Shown in pieces: positions 10,708 to 20,800 of a DNA stretch of 64,000 nt. The stretch is from Candidatus Multivorans sp. (GTDB lineage Bacteria; Acidobacteriota; Thermoanaerobaculia; Multivoradales; Multivoraceae): positions 3,936,001 to 4,000,000 of the forward strand of contig OZ251997.1 of NCBI GenBank assembly GCA_965247095.1, written 5' to 3'. Within the stretch, counting starts at the first letter, position 1; every line of letters starts with the position of its first letter. Below the pieces are notes generated by a model. The model saw only the letters and a list, made by a program, of their open reading frames with translations, did no database searches and was not told the DNA's origin. A program made the position numbers and the translations under genes.

Positions 10708-11160
10708 GGAGCGCCGGCGTGGAGCGTGAGACGGGATTCGGCGTACATCGCTCGCGCAGCGAGCGATGCGGGCCAGCAAATCCCGTCTGGCTCCATGCCG
10801 CGCGGAGCGCCGGCGTGCAGCGTGAGACGGGATTCGGCGTACATCGCTTGCTGCGCAAGCGATGCGGGCTAGCGAATCCCTTGTGTGTGCTCGGGCCGCG
10901 GGGAGCGCCGGCGTGGAACGTGAGACGGGATTCGGCGTGCATCGCTTGCTGCGCAAGCGATGCGGGCTAGCGAATCCCTTGTGTGTGCTCGGGCCGCGGG
11001 GAGCGCCGGCGTGGAACGTGAGACGGGATTCGGCGTGCATCGCTTGCTGCGCAAGCGATGCGGGCTAGCGAATCCCGTTCCAGGGCGCACGGAGCGCCGG
11101 CGTGGAGCGTGAGACGGGATTCGGCGTGCATCGCTTGCTGCGCAAGCGATGCGGGCTAGC
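10708..11160. repeat. tandem array of 5 structured ~91-98 bp units, each containing a reverse-complement copy of the tRNA-Gly 3' end
   Basis: The core GGAGCGCCGGCGTGGAGCGTGAGACGGGATTCGGCGT(A/G)CATCGCTTGCTGCGCAAGCGATGCGGGCTAGC starts at 10708, 10804, 10902, 11000 and 11091. Confidence 0.95.
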
Positions 11161-11215
11161 CCGCATCAAGCGCGATGCCGCGAAGCGGCGAGCACGTACC
11201 TCGCCGTCAACCCGC

Positions 11216-11689
11216 CTACTCCTTCGCCGCCACTACCGCCGTAGCTTCCACCTCGATCAGCAGGGACGGGTACACGAGTCCCGTCACGCCGACCCAGGTT
11301 GAGGCGCGTGGCGGATCGAGCTGAAGCACCTTGGCCTGGGCCCGCCCGGCTTGCTGGACCTTCTCGGGATCGATGTCCTTGATGTAGACGTTCGTCTTCA
11401 CGATGTCCTCGGCGCTTGCGCCGGCCTGCTCCAGGCGCTTGACGACGTTGGTGAAGGCGATCTCGGCCTGCTCGGCGAGGGTGGCCGCGGGCGCCTCTGC
11501 GCCGTCGGCCCAGCCGATCTGTCCCGAGATGAGGATCGTGGTGACGCCGTTTGCGGTCGTCTTGGCGATGTGGGAGAAGCCCTGCTGCGAGCCGAGGAAT
11601 TCGGTTTTCAATTCTTGTGCCTCCGCGATACCGGCTGCGAGCAGGAGCGCACCGAGGAAGAAGGCTAGGCGATCGGGTTGTCTCTTCAT
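11216..11689 (-). CDS. RidA/YjgF-family protein with a signal peptide
   Basis: ISGQIG, DIVKTNVYI and ASTWVGVTGL...LIEVEATA; hydrophobic N-terminus ending AEA. Confidence 0.8.
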   Translation of the reverse strand: MKRQPDRLAFFLGALLLAAGIAEAQELKTEFLGSQQGFSHIAKTTANGVTTILISGQIGWADGAEAPAATLAEQAEIAFTNVVKRLEQAGASAEDIVKTNVYIKDIDPEKVQQAGRAQAKVLQLDPPRASTWVGVTGLVYPSLLIEVEATAVVAAKE

Positions 11690-11850
11690 TTCGGTCTCCT
11701 GGATCGTGCCGTGCCGGCCGTTGAAAGTAGCCGGCGGGTGTAGGGGATGCGTACGATAGCGCCAACTCCGAGTCTGCGAGGGGCCATCGTTCGCCTCCTG
11801 CTCCCGATCGTGAGGTGCCCGGTGCTACGCTGACCTTGGAGGCTTCGGAT

Positions 11851-12879
11851 ATGAGAATGGACCGTTTCCTTCCGGCCCGGTTGGCCTTGTGCGCGGTGCT
11901 CACGCCCTTCCTGCACGGGCCGGCATTTAGCAGCGAACCGCAGTGGGTGACCTACCCCGGGGGCGACGGCCCCGGCGCCGGCCGCAAGGTCGTCCTGATC
12001 GCAGGCGACGAGGAGTACCGCTCGGAGGAGGCGATGCCGATGCTCGGCAAGGTGCTCTCGGTGCGGCACGGCTTCGAGTGCGTGGTGCTGTTCTCGATCG
12101 ACGCCGAGACCGGGACGATCGACCCTGAGGAGCAGACGAACATCCCGGGTCTCGAAGCGCTCGACGCCGCCGACCTGATGGTGATCGCGACCCGTTTCCG
12201 GGAGTTGCCGGACGCGCAGATGAAGCACATCGTCGACTACGTCGAATCGGGGCGGCCGATCGTCGGATTGCGGACGGCTACGCACGCCTTCTCCTACCAA
12301 CGCAACCCTGACAGCCCGTACGCGCACTGGAGCTTCCGCAGCGAGACGTGGCCGGGCGGGTTCGGGCAGCAGGTGCTCGGCGAAACGTGGATCAACCACC
12401 ACGGTCACCACGGCAGGGAGAGCACGCTCGGCGTCATGGCGCCCGGCGCCGCCGGCCATCGCATCCTGCGCGGAGTGACCGACGTCTGGGGCCCGACGGA
12501 CGTCTACGGAGTGAAGAACCTCGGTGACGACGCCGACGTGCTGCTGTTGGGGGCGGTGCTGGCCGGGATGTCTCCGGACGATCCGCCCGTGGAGGGGCCG
12601 AAGAACGACCCCATGGAACCACTGGCCTGGATCCGCTCGTACACGGGCAGCGGCGGCAAGGCCGCGCGCGTGTTCACGACCACGATGGGCGCCTCGACGG
12701 ACTTCGAGAGCGAGGGGCTACGGCGCCTGGTGGTGAATGCCGTGTACTGGGGGCTCGGGATGGAGGACCGGATCCCCGAGCAGAGCGACGTGCGGATCGT
12801 CGGCGAGTACAAGCCGACTAGCTTCGGCTTCGGCAGCCATGCGGGAAGCGTCATGCCCTCCGTCCACGCGCTGCCCTAG
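11851..12879 (+). CDS. secreted ThuA-like (class I glutamine amidotransferase-like fold) protein
   Basis: Signal peptide; VVLIAGDEEYRSEE, GLRTATHAF and RVFTTTMG. Confidence 0.7.
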   Translation: MRMDRFLPARLALCAVLTPFLHGPAFSSEPQWVTYPGGDGPGAGRKVVLIAGDEEYRSEEAMPMLGKVLSVRHGFECVVLFSIDAETGTIDPEEQTNIPGLEALDAADLMVIATRFRELPDAQMKHIVDYVESGRPIVGLRTATHAFSYQRNPDSPYAHWSFRSETWPGGFGQQVLGETWINHHGHHGRESTLGVMAPGAAGHRILRGVTDVWGPTDVYGVKNLGDDADVLLLGAVLAGMSPDDPPVEGPKNDPMEPLAWIRSYTGSGGKAARVFTTTMGASTDFESEGLRRLVVNAVYWGLGMEDRIPEQSDVRIVGEYKPTSFGFGSHAGSVMPSVHALP

Positions 12880-14099
12880 TGCCGTGTCACTCGTCAAAAG
12901 TCGGATAGAGGCGCTTGAGTTTGACGCGAGCGTCGTCGGTGGTGAAGTGCCAGTTGACCTTGGCTTGGATCCGGTCTCTGGCGGCCTGCCAGGCGCCGAC
13001 TTCGGCGCGTAGGGTGTCGATGGAGTCGATGCGGCGGTTGAGGCACTGGCGGATCATCACGCTGAGTTCGACCTCGGCGACGTTCAGCCAACTGCCGTGC
13101 TTGGGGGTATAGACGAACTCGAAGCGGTCCCACAGCGCCTTGGCCCTGGCCGGGTCGAAGGTCTCGTAGAGCGCGCCGGGGCGGTGCGTGTTGAGGTTGT
13201 CCATCACCAGCGTGATTCGGGTGGCGTCGGGATACTGCCCGGCGATGTCTTCCAGGAAACGCGCCCAGTCGGTCTTGGTCCTGCGCTCGGTGACCTTGGT
13301 CAGACGCCGCCCGGCCAGCGGTTCGGTCGCCATGAACACGTTGCAGGCGCCGCAGCGTCGGTACTCGTAGTCTTCGCGGACCTCCCGTCCAGGGGCCGGC
13401 GGGATGGGCGCCCGTGTCTCGGCGATCAACTGCCGCGGCGTCTCGTCCATGCACACCACCGGGAAGTTCGCGTCGTGCGGACGCCGATAGACGTCGAGCA
13501 CCCGCTCCATGTTCGCCGCGAAGTCGGCGTTGCATTGCGGCGGAATCACCCAGCCGACGCGGCGCCACGGTTTGAGAGCGTTTTTTTTAGCACCCGCCGC
13601 ACCGTCTCGTGCGAGACGCTGTCGATATAGCCGAGCTCCACCGCACGGTCCGCCAACAGACGCAGAGACCACTGCGAATGCCCTTCGGGCGGCTCTCCGC
13701 AACTGAGCGCGATCAGCCGCGCCTCGAACTCGCCATCCGCCTTGCGCAGGTACTTGGGACGACGCCCCTGCCGACTCCCGAGCGCCGCCTCCAGACCGTC
13801 CTCCACAAACCGCCTCTTCACACGATCCACCTTGCGCGCACTGATCCGCAAGACCCCGGCGATCGTCTCGCCGGTCGTCCGACGCCCGTTGAACTCGCCC
13901 TCGTCGCAGTTGAGCAGAATCAAGGCGTTGATCACCTTCTGCGACCGATGCGAACCCTTGCGCGTAGTCGTCGCCAACGCCTCGCGCTCCTGCTCCTCCA
14001 ACTCCACCACATACCGCTTCATGCCAGACTCCTTGCCGTCGTCGAACGGCAAGGAACCTACTGCGATTCATGCGACCTAGGACGAGTGACATGACACTA
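12877..14099 (-). mobile_element. IS630-family insertion sequence, copy 2
   Basis: Same 1223-bp span as copy 1 with about 5 substitutions. TA flanks; the right TIR has 2 mismatches (GACGAGTGACATGACAC). Inserted at the TAG stop of the upstream gene. Confidence 0.95.
12887..14022 (-). CDS. IS630 transposase (frameshifted OrfA/OrfB)
   Basis: Protein identical to copy 1; A8 tract at 13581-13588. Confidence 0.9.
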
Positions 14100-14125
14100 G
14101 CTTGCCGGGCCGCCGGTCGATCTCG

Positions 14126-15745
14126 CTAACGGCCCCCCCGAGGTGCGTCCGTGACGAAGGCCTCCCGCTCGAGAACAGGCGATAGATCGTAGAGCAGTTC
14201 GCGCCGCCACCAGCGCCCGTCCGCCCCAGGTTCGCTGAACGTGTAGTCGTAGAGCCGCAGGCGCAGGTAGTTGGGCGGTTCGGCCTGCCGGCTGGCGGCG
14301 CCGAGCAACCGCAGCACCGCGGGTTCGCCCTCGAACAGCCGCGTTACGAAGGGGCCCAACCAGTCGGCCCGCTGCGGATCGAGCGCCGCGAACCACATCT
14401 GCCAGTCGAGCCGGGGCATGTGGGGCTGGGCGGCGCGGGGCGGACGATCGACAGGCCCGGGCTTGAAGCGGAAGGCCAGCTCGCTCCAGATCACGCCGTC
14501 GGCGCTCGTCTCGACCACGATCTCGGGGCGCGAGGTCGTCATCGCGCGGAACAGGCCGTAGCCGTTGATCGAGCGCAACGGTGCGATGGCTCGCAGCAGG
14601 GGCGCGGACGGATCGACCAGCACCCGGTCGACGAGGTCGGCCGCAGCGGCCGCCGGTGGGGGAGTGTCCGGTCCGCGCGGCAGCGATCGGGTGAGTTCGC
14701 GGGCGGCGACCAGGAGGCTCAGGCAGAGGATCGCGCCGGCTGCCGCCCAGCGAATCCGTCGGGAGGCGGCCTGCAGGGGGCCGCCGGCCCCGGGGGTCGG
14801 CGCCGCTTGAGCGGGGCTGCCGACCTGCCCGCAGCGGCCGGCCATCCAACCGAACCCGCCGGTATCTAGCCACGACAGGCAGAGCACCGCGCTCAGCAGG
14901 TTGAAGAAGCCGTAGTTGCCGGTGGCGGCGATCAGGAGCTGAAACGCCAGCAGCATTCCCATGCCGGTGCGACGCAGGCGCCGAGAGAAGACAAGCCACG
15001 GCGCCGCCAGCTCCACCGCAAACATGATCAGAACCGACAGGCGATGGAACCAGTCCGGGAGGTGGTGCACGTACCAGCTCGCCGTGACCGGCAGCGGCTG
15101 GGTGAAGTAGTGGACGTCGAGTGCGGTCAGTTGCCACCAGGTCGAATCGAGGCTGAGCAGCTTGACCGCGCCCGAGAGGAACATCAGCTTGACCACCAGC
15201 AGCCGGAACAGCCACAGGCCGGGCCGGCCGGCCGCGGCGTCCGGGGTGACGCCGAACGCCGCTCGGACGCGCGCCGCCAAGGTGTCGGGCCGCGGCCCTG
15301 AACCGGTCGGCCAGCCGAGGGGGGCCAGCACGACGGCACAAACCGTCGCCTCGAGCAGCAGCGTGTCCCACTGGAAGGCGAGGAAGGTCTGCCCGCCCCA
15401 GACCAGCGACAGATAGCAGAGCCAGAGAGCGCCGAAGACCGGGATGGTCACCATGCCGGCGATCGCGAGCAGCGAGAGGACGACGCCGGCCGCACAGAGG
15501 GCGTGCAGCGCCGTGTCGCTGGAAGAAAACCAGAGCAACGACGGCGCCTCCGCCAGGCGTTCGAGCGTCGAGGGCCCGAGCACCCGTTCGAGGTAGGCGA
15601 AGAACTCCCCGGCCGGCAGGATGCCGCGCGATCCGATCAGACCGTCGATCTGCACCCAGAGGGAGACGAAGGCGACCAGGTGGACCCCGGCCAAGAGGCG
15701 CAGGAGCAGTTTCGGCACGGTCCCTATCCTGACGGAGGCTGGCAT
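14126..15745 (-). CDS. lipase maturation factor (LMF1) family membrane protein
   Basis: FQWDTLLLE, HYFTQPLP, TGNYGFFN, YGLFRAMT and PHMPRLDWQMWFA. Confidence 0.9.
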   Translation of the reverse strand: MPASVRIGTVPKLLLRLLAGVHLVAFVSLWVQIDGLIGSRGILPAGEFFAYLERVLGPSTLERLAEAPSLLWFSSSDTALHALCAAGVVLSLLAIAGMVTIPVFGALWLCYLSLVWGGQTFLAFQWDTLLLEATVCAVVLAPLGWPTGSGPRPDTLAARVRAAFGVTPDAAAGRPGLWLFRLLVVKLMFLSGAVKLLSLDSTWWQLTALDVHYFTQPLPVTASWYVHHLPDWFHRLSVLIMFAVELAAPWLVFSRRLRRTGMGMLLAFQLLIAATGNYGFFNLLSAVLCLSWLDTGGFGWMAGRCGQVGSPAQAAPTPGAGGPLQAASRRIRWAAAGAILCLSLLVAARELTRSLPRGPDTPPPAAAAADLVDRVLVDPSAPLLRAIAPLRSINGYGLFRAMTTSRPEIVVETSADGVIWSELAFRFKPGPVDRPPRAAQPHMPRLDWQMWFAALDPQRADWLGPFVTRLFEGEPAVLRLLGAASRQAEPPNYLRLRLYDYTFSEPGADGRWWRRELLYDLSPVLEREAFVTDAPRGGR

Positions 15746-15788
15746 ACTCCGCCCGCGACGGGACAACCGGCTGAGGGCACGACGACAA

Positions 15789-16925
15789 ATGGAGATGGAG
15801 ACCTTCGAACTGGAGCGGCAGCAGTCGCTCTGGGAACACCGGGTTGACGTGAACCTGAGCGAGAGCGGCGTCGAGCCGCTGTCGCTCGACGGCCTGGCGG
15901 AGATGGGGCTCGACCTGGACTGGCTCCGCGCGCTGCCGCTCGAGTACATCCAGTCGAATGGCACTCCTGAACTGCGGTCGCAGATAGCCGGCCACTACGC
16001 GGACGCCTCCACGGAGCACGTGCTGGTGACCAACGGCTCGTCCGAGGCGAACTACGTCACCGTGCAGGTGCTGATCGAGCCCGGCGACGAGGTGGTGGCG
16101 ATCGTGCCCAACTACCTGCAGGTGGCGTTGGCGGCGCGGGGCGTCGGCGCGGTGGTGCGGAACGTGTCGCTCCTGCCCGGCGAAGACGAGTCGAGTTGGT
16201 CGCTCGATTGGGAGACGTTCGAGGCCGCCGTCGGCGAACGGACGAAGCTCATCTACCTGAGCCATCCGAACAACCCGACCGGCCACGTGTTCACGCCCTC
16301 GGAACTCGACCGGATCGTGGCGGCGGCGGATCGGGTCGGCGCGTGGGTCCTGAGCGACGAGGTCTACCGCGGCGCCGTGCACGATCTGGCGCCGGGCGAG
16401 GAGGCTCCGGGCATCTGGGGTCGCGGCGAGCGGGTGATTGCGGTCTCGGGTCTGTCCAAGGCGTACGGCTTGCCGGGGGCCCGGCTCGGCTGGATGGTGG
16501 GCCCGCCCGAGTTCGTGGAGCGTTGCTGGGCGCGGCGCGACTACACGACGATCGCTCCCGGCGCGCTCTCCGACGCGATCGCGCGCTTCGCCACCGAGCC
16601 GTCGAACCAGGAACGGTTGGTCGAACGCGCGCGGCGGATGATGCGCGCCAACCGGGCAACCTTCCGCGACTGGACGAAACGGCAGAACGGAGCGCTCGTC
16701 TATCGGGAACCGCGTGCCGGCGCCTACGCCTTCGTCCCCTTCCTCGAGAACGGCCGCCTGGCCGACTGCGCTGCCTTTGCCGAGAGACTGCGCCGGAACC
16801 GCAGCGTGCTGCTGGTCGCGGGGCGTTGGGCCGGAATGCCAGGCTATCTGCGCTTCGGTCTCGGACCGCCTCCCGCGACCTTCGCGGAAGGCCTTCGCCG
16901 GGTCGAACTGGAGATGGGGAACTGA
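15789..16925 (+). CDS. PLP-dependent aminotransferase class I/II
   Basis: HPNNPTG, SDEVYR and SGLSKAYGLPGARLGW. Confidence 0.9.
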   Translation: MEMETFELERQQSLWEHRVDVNLSESGVEPLSLDGLAEMGLDLDWLRALPLEYIQSNGTPELRSQIAGHYADASTEHVLVTNGSSEANYVTVQVLIEPGDEVVAIVPNYLQVALAARGVGAVVRNVSLLPGEDESSWSLDWETFEAAVGERTKLIYLSHPNNPTGHVFTPSELDRIVAAADRVGAWVLSDEVYRGAVHDLAPGEEAPGIWGRGERVIAVSGLSKAYGLPGARLGWMVGPPEFVERCWARRDYTTIAPGALSDAIARFATEPSNQERLVERARRMMRANRATFRDWTKRQNGALVYREPRAGAYAFVPFLENGRLADCAAFAERLRRNRSVLLVAGRWAGMPGYLRFGLGPPPATFAEGLRRVELEMGN

Positions 16926-16941
16926 ATAGAGTCGTGCGACT

Positions 16942-17841
16942 GTGAGTAGCAGCCGTCTCCGGCGCGCCGTCCACTTTGTCCCCGGCGGCAACGAGCGCAT
17001 GCTCGCCAAGTCCCTGGGACTCGAGGCGGACACGCTGATTCTCGACCTCGAAGACGCGGTGACGCCGGACCGGAAGGAGGACGTACGCCGTGAGGTCGCC
17101 GGGTGGCTCAAGGCGACCGACTTCGGCGGCAAGGAGCGCGCGGTGCGGGTCAACGACCTGATGACGCCCTGGGGCCGCGAGGACTACGAGGTCACGATGG
17201 AGCATCCGCCCGACGCCTACGTGGTGCCCAAGGTGAGCGGCGTCGACGACGTGCTGCGCGTGGACCGGTTGGTGGCGCAACTCGAACTGGCCCACGGACA
17301 CGACCTGGGCGGCATCGCCCTCATCCTGATCGCGACCGAGACCGCCGGCGGAGCTCTCAATCTCGCCCACCTGACCGCGACCACGCGGGTGTCCGCGCTG
17401 ACCTGGGGCGCGGAGGATCTGTCGGTATCGATCGGCGCCAGTCGCCGCCGCGACGAGCGCGGCGAGTATCTCGACGTGTTCCGGTACTGCCGGGCGATGA
17501 CCCTGCTCGCGGCGCGCGCCGGCGGCGCCCAGCCGATCGACAGCGTCTTCGTCGACATCGGCGACCTGGACGGTTTGCGCCAGGACTGCCAGCGGGCGGC
17601 CTGGATGGGCTTCGAGGGCAAGATGACCATCCATCCGAACCAGATCCCGATCGTCAACGAGGTCTTCACGCCGAGCGAGGCAGAGATCGCTTCCGCCGCC
17701 GCCCTGGTGGCCGCGTTCGCGGAGAACCAGGCCCAGGGCCGGATGGCGTTCCGCCACGAAGGACAGATGGTCGACGCGCCCCACCTGCACCGGGCGGAAC
17801 GGGTGCTCGACCGCGCCCGCCAGGCCGGAGCGGTCGAGTAG
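16942..17841 (+). CDS. CoA-ester lyase, CitE/HpcH family (citryl/malyl-CoA lyase-like)
   Basis: ILDLEDAV, AVRVN, GAEDL, GFEGKMTIHPNQI and GQMVDAP. Confidence 0.9.
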   Translation: MSSSRLRRAVHFVPGGNERMLAKSLGLEADTLILDLEDAVTPDRKEDVRREVAGWLKATDFGGKERAVRVNDLMTPWGREDYEVTMEHPPDAYVVPKVSGVDDVLRVDRLVAQLELAHGHDLGGIALILIATETAGGALNLAHLTATTRVSALTWGAEDLSVSIGASRRRDERGEYLDVFRYCRAMTLLAARAGGAQPIDSVFVDIGDLDGLRQDCQRAAWMGFEGKMTIHPNQIPIVNEVFTPSEAEIASAAALVAAFAENQAQGRMAFRHEGQMVDAPHLHRAERVLDRARQAGAVE

Positions 17842-17894
17842 CCGTTGGCCTGGTCTGGTCGAACCGTCAGGCGCGTCCCGGCGGCACCGGCGGG

Positions 17895-20800
17895 TCAATG
17901 CACGACTACAGCAACCTCGCTCGCCGGTGCCAGCCGGAGCTTGCGGTTGGTATTGGGACGGCCAGCGACTTGGAGCGACCAGTCGCCGGACGGTACGCGG
18001 TCGAACTCGAACCGCCCCTCCTCGTCGGTCCAGGACCGCCGCGTCACGCCGAGGGCTTCGGCCTCACGCAGGCTCGCCTGGGCCGGCCACAGCAGGACTA
18101 TCGTCCCTGCCTGCGGCAACGCGGTCTCGTCAAGGACCACGCCCACCGCCCGGCCGCTCTGCAGGTGGACATCCGCCCATTCGTTGCCGTGGATGTGCAC
18201 CGGCCTTTTCTCCCCTCCGACCGCCAGCGTATGGCGGCCCGAGGCCAGATCCTGGAAGTTGAAGGCCCCGTCATGGGCCGTGAACTGCCGGCGCGCACTC
18301 GTCATCTCGCCGTTCCGCAGGAGCAGGACCTGCGCCCCGGACCAAGGCGCCCCATCAAGGTGGACGACACCCTTGAGGCTGTGACCGGGTGCGAAAACGA
18401 GATCGGCCGGGGTGTCGCTGTCACGCACCTTGACGCGAGTCACCGCGCGGCGGCCGGAGATACCGACCGTACCGGCCACGGCCCACTCGCCGGCGGGAAC
18501 GCGGTCGATGAGAAAGGTGCCGTCGGAGTTGATCGAAGCTTCCCGTACGGCAAAGTCATCGTCGACCGCCTCGACTCGGAGCGAGTTGATCTCCCCCTCA
18601 GTCAGCCCGTGAACCTGTCCTGAGATCCGCCCAGGCGGTGCATGAAGACGGAGGCGGAGCACGGCATCTGCCGTATCGCCCCGCACGCGGAACGGTTTCA
18701 CGGAGCGAATGCGGCGCCCGCCGAACTCACCGCCGATGTCATAGGTTCCTTGCCGCAGCCACGCAGTGAAACGTCCGTCAGCTCCGACGTGGACAGGCGG
18801 ATCCTGTCGAAGACCCTCAGATGCGAGGAAGGTCAACTGCCAGGCAGCGCCGTCGGCCGGTTCATCTTCAAGAATCGCGAGGCCACTGACCTGGTAGCGA
18901 CCGAAGTCGAAGTTCACCTGCTGCTTCCCGCCGAGAACCTGAACAGCCTTACGCTCGGCCAGTTCGCCGGACCCCGGATCGACTTCCAGAAGGTACGACC
19001 CTGCAGGCACATCGTCGAAGGCGAAACGGCCTCGCGCGTCCGTCCCGGTTTCGCCCACGCCGTGGAGCACAACGGCGATCCCGGTGAGGCCGTGCCGCCG
19101 ATCCGTGACGCGGCCGAAGATTCGGCCGGACCTCCCGCCGAGATCCACGTCAAGCCAGCGCTCCTCGCCGGTCTCAAGCTCGACGACTACACGCGTGCTC
19201 GCACCGTTCTGCGACCGCAGGAGCAGCCGATAGCGGTCTGGAGCCAGATGGGCGATCCAGAACGTGCCGTCATCCCGCGTGCGCCCCGACGTGACGTATC
19301 CCAGGTCGCCGCTCAGCGGATCCTGGGAAGAGCGGTGCGAAGAGCCGAACAGTTCGAAGGTGCCCGAGACCGGCTCGCCGTGAAGCGTCATCTGCCCCTC
19401 AAGGACGGCGCCCCGGCTGAGGCGAATCTCGACCGGATCGACTGCTCCAGGAACCAGCCCGCGCAGCGTGCGCGAGGCGAACCCGCTCGCCACTGCCTCA
19501 ATGTCCAGCCGCACCTCAGGCGTAAGGCCAGGCACAACGAAGACCCCGTCGTCGCCTGTCCTCAGTTGGACCGCGTCGCCCAAATCGCCGACGGTGACCC
19601 GGCCGAAGACGTCCGGTGCCCGCTGGGCGATCGCCGTCACCGAGGCATCACGTATCGGGTTCGCGGCTTCGTCCAGTACGACCCCTCGCAGTACAACGGC
19701 CGGATCAAGGAGTATCGCCCCCATGTTCAGGGTCTCGACCTCGCCCACCTCAACGCCGCGGATAAGCCGGAACGCGTGCCCGTCTGACCTGACCGCGAAG
19801 TCGCGCCGCCCGGGCGGCGCCCGGACCACGAACCTCCCATCTCCGCCTGTCCGACCCAGGAAGCTCGTACCAACCCGGAGTTCGGAGAGGCGATTCAGCG
19901 TGACCGAAGCCCCCATGGCGCTGAATCGGCCGAGGCCGACCTCCGCACCGGCGACAGGGTTTCCTGACTGCCGATCGACCACGGTCCCCGACACGACAAC
20001 GCCACGTTGAAGCCGGATGACGTACTCCCCGATCTCTGTGAGGTAGTGGCCGATGTGGGCCGCGTCGATTGGCAGGAAGCCGGGATGCCGAATCGTCACC
20101 TCCACGTCGTCGCGTAGCCGGTGCCGGGGAGCCGGCAGCCGGTCGCTCACGAATCGACCGGCGTGCCGTGTGCGGAGGAACTGCTGCAAGCTTGGGCCGC
20201 CGCGCCGCACAGGGCGTCGCGAGAGGCGGATCTCGACGTCCTCCAGTGCCCTGCCGCGGTCATCCAGCACGCGTCCCCGAATCGGCAGGCCGGGCAGAAG
20301 GGCGGGGCAGGCGCCCGAGGCAATGTCGGCATCGGAGCAGGCGTCGTAGCCGCGACCACGGGTACTGAACCAGACTCGGTCGCCTGGGAGCATCTGGATC
20401 CCGAACCCGCCGTCAAGGGTTGCACGCCGAAGCGACGCCATCGCGCGGTGGAGACCTGACCATGGTCTTTCCGGCAGCTCAAGCCAGTACTCCACAGGAG
20501 GTGATTCGGCTTCCGGCGCGAGGTCGTCCCGCGCGCTTCTGGCGGTGAGAACTCCAACGCCATCCAGGCTAACCACGCCGCGGCGGAATGCCGAGGTCGG
20601 CAATAGGTCGATTGTCGCGGCTTCGAGGTCCTGCGACAGTCGCCCGATGTAGGTTGCGCCGCTCTCGGTCTCCACCTGCCACTCCGAAGCAGTACTGTCG
20701 AGCACTGCTCTTCCCTTCTCGTCGGTCAAGGCGACCGGCCAGCCCGACTCGTCGCGCACGAGAGCGCCCGGCAAAGGGCGGCCCTGGCCAGTTGTCCGCA

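Noticed and set aside
10708-11160. CRISPR array
   Set aside because: The repeats are about 77 bp with 14-21 nt linkers (two identical), the core is tRNA-derived, and there are no cas genes in the window.
10439-11302. Several short ORFs over the tRNAs and repeat array
   Set aside because: They are translations of tRNA and repeat sequence with no protein-like features.
14097-17153. 1018-aa minus-strand ORF
   Set aside because: It is a high-GC shadow frame overlapping the LMF1 gene and antisense to the aminotransferase.
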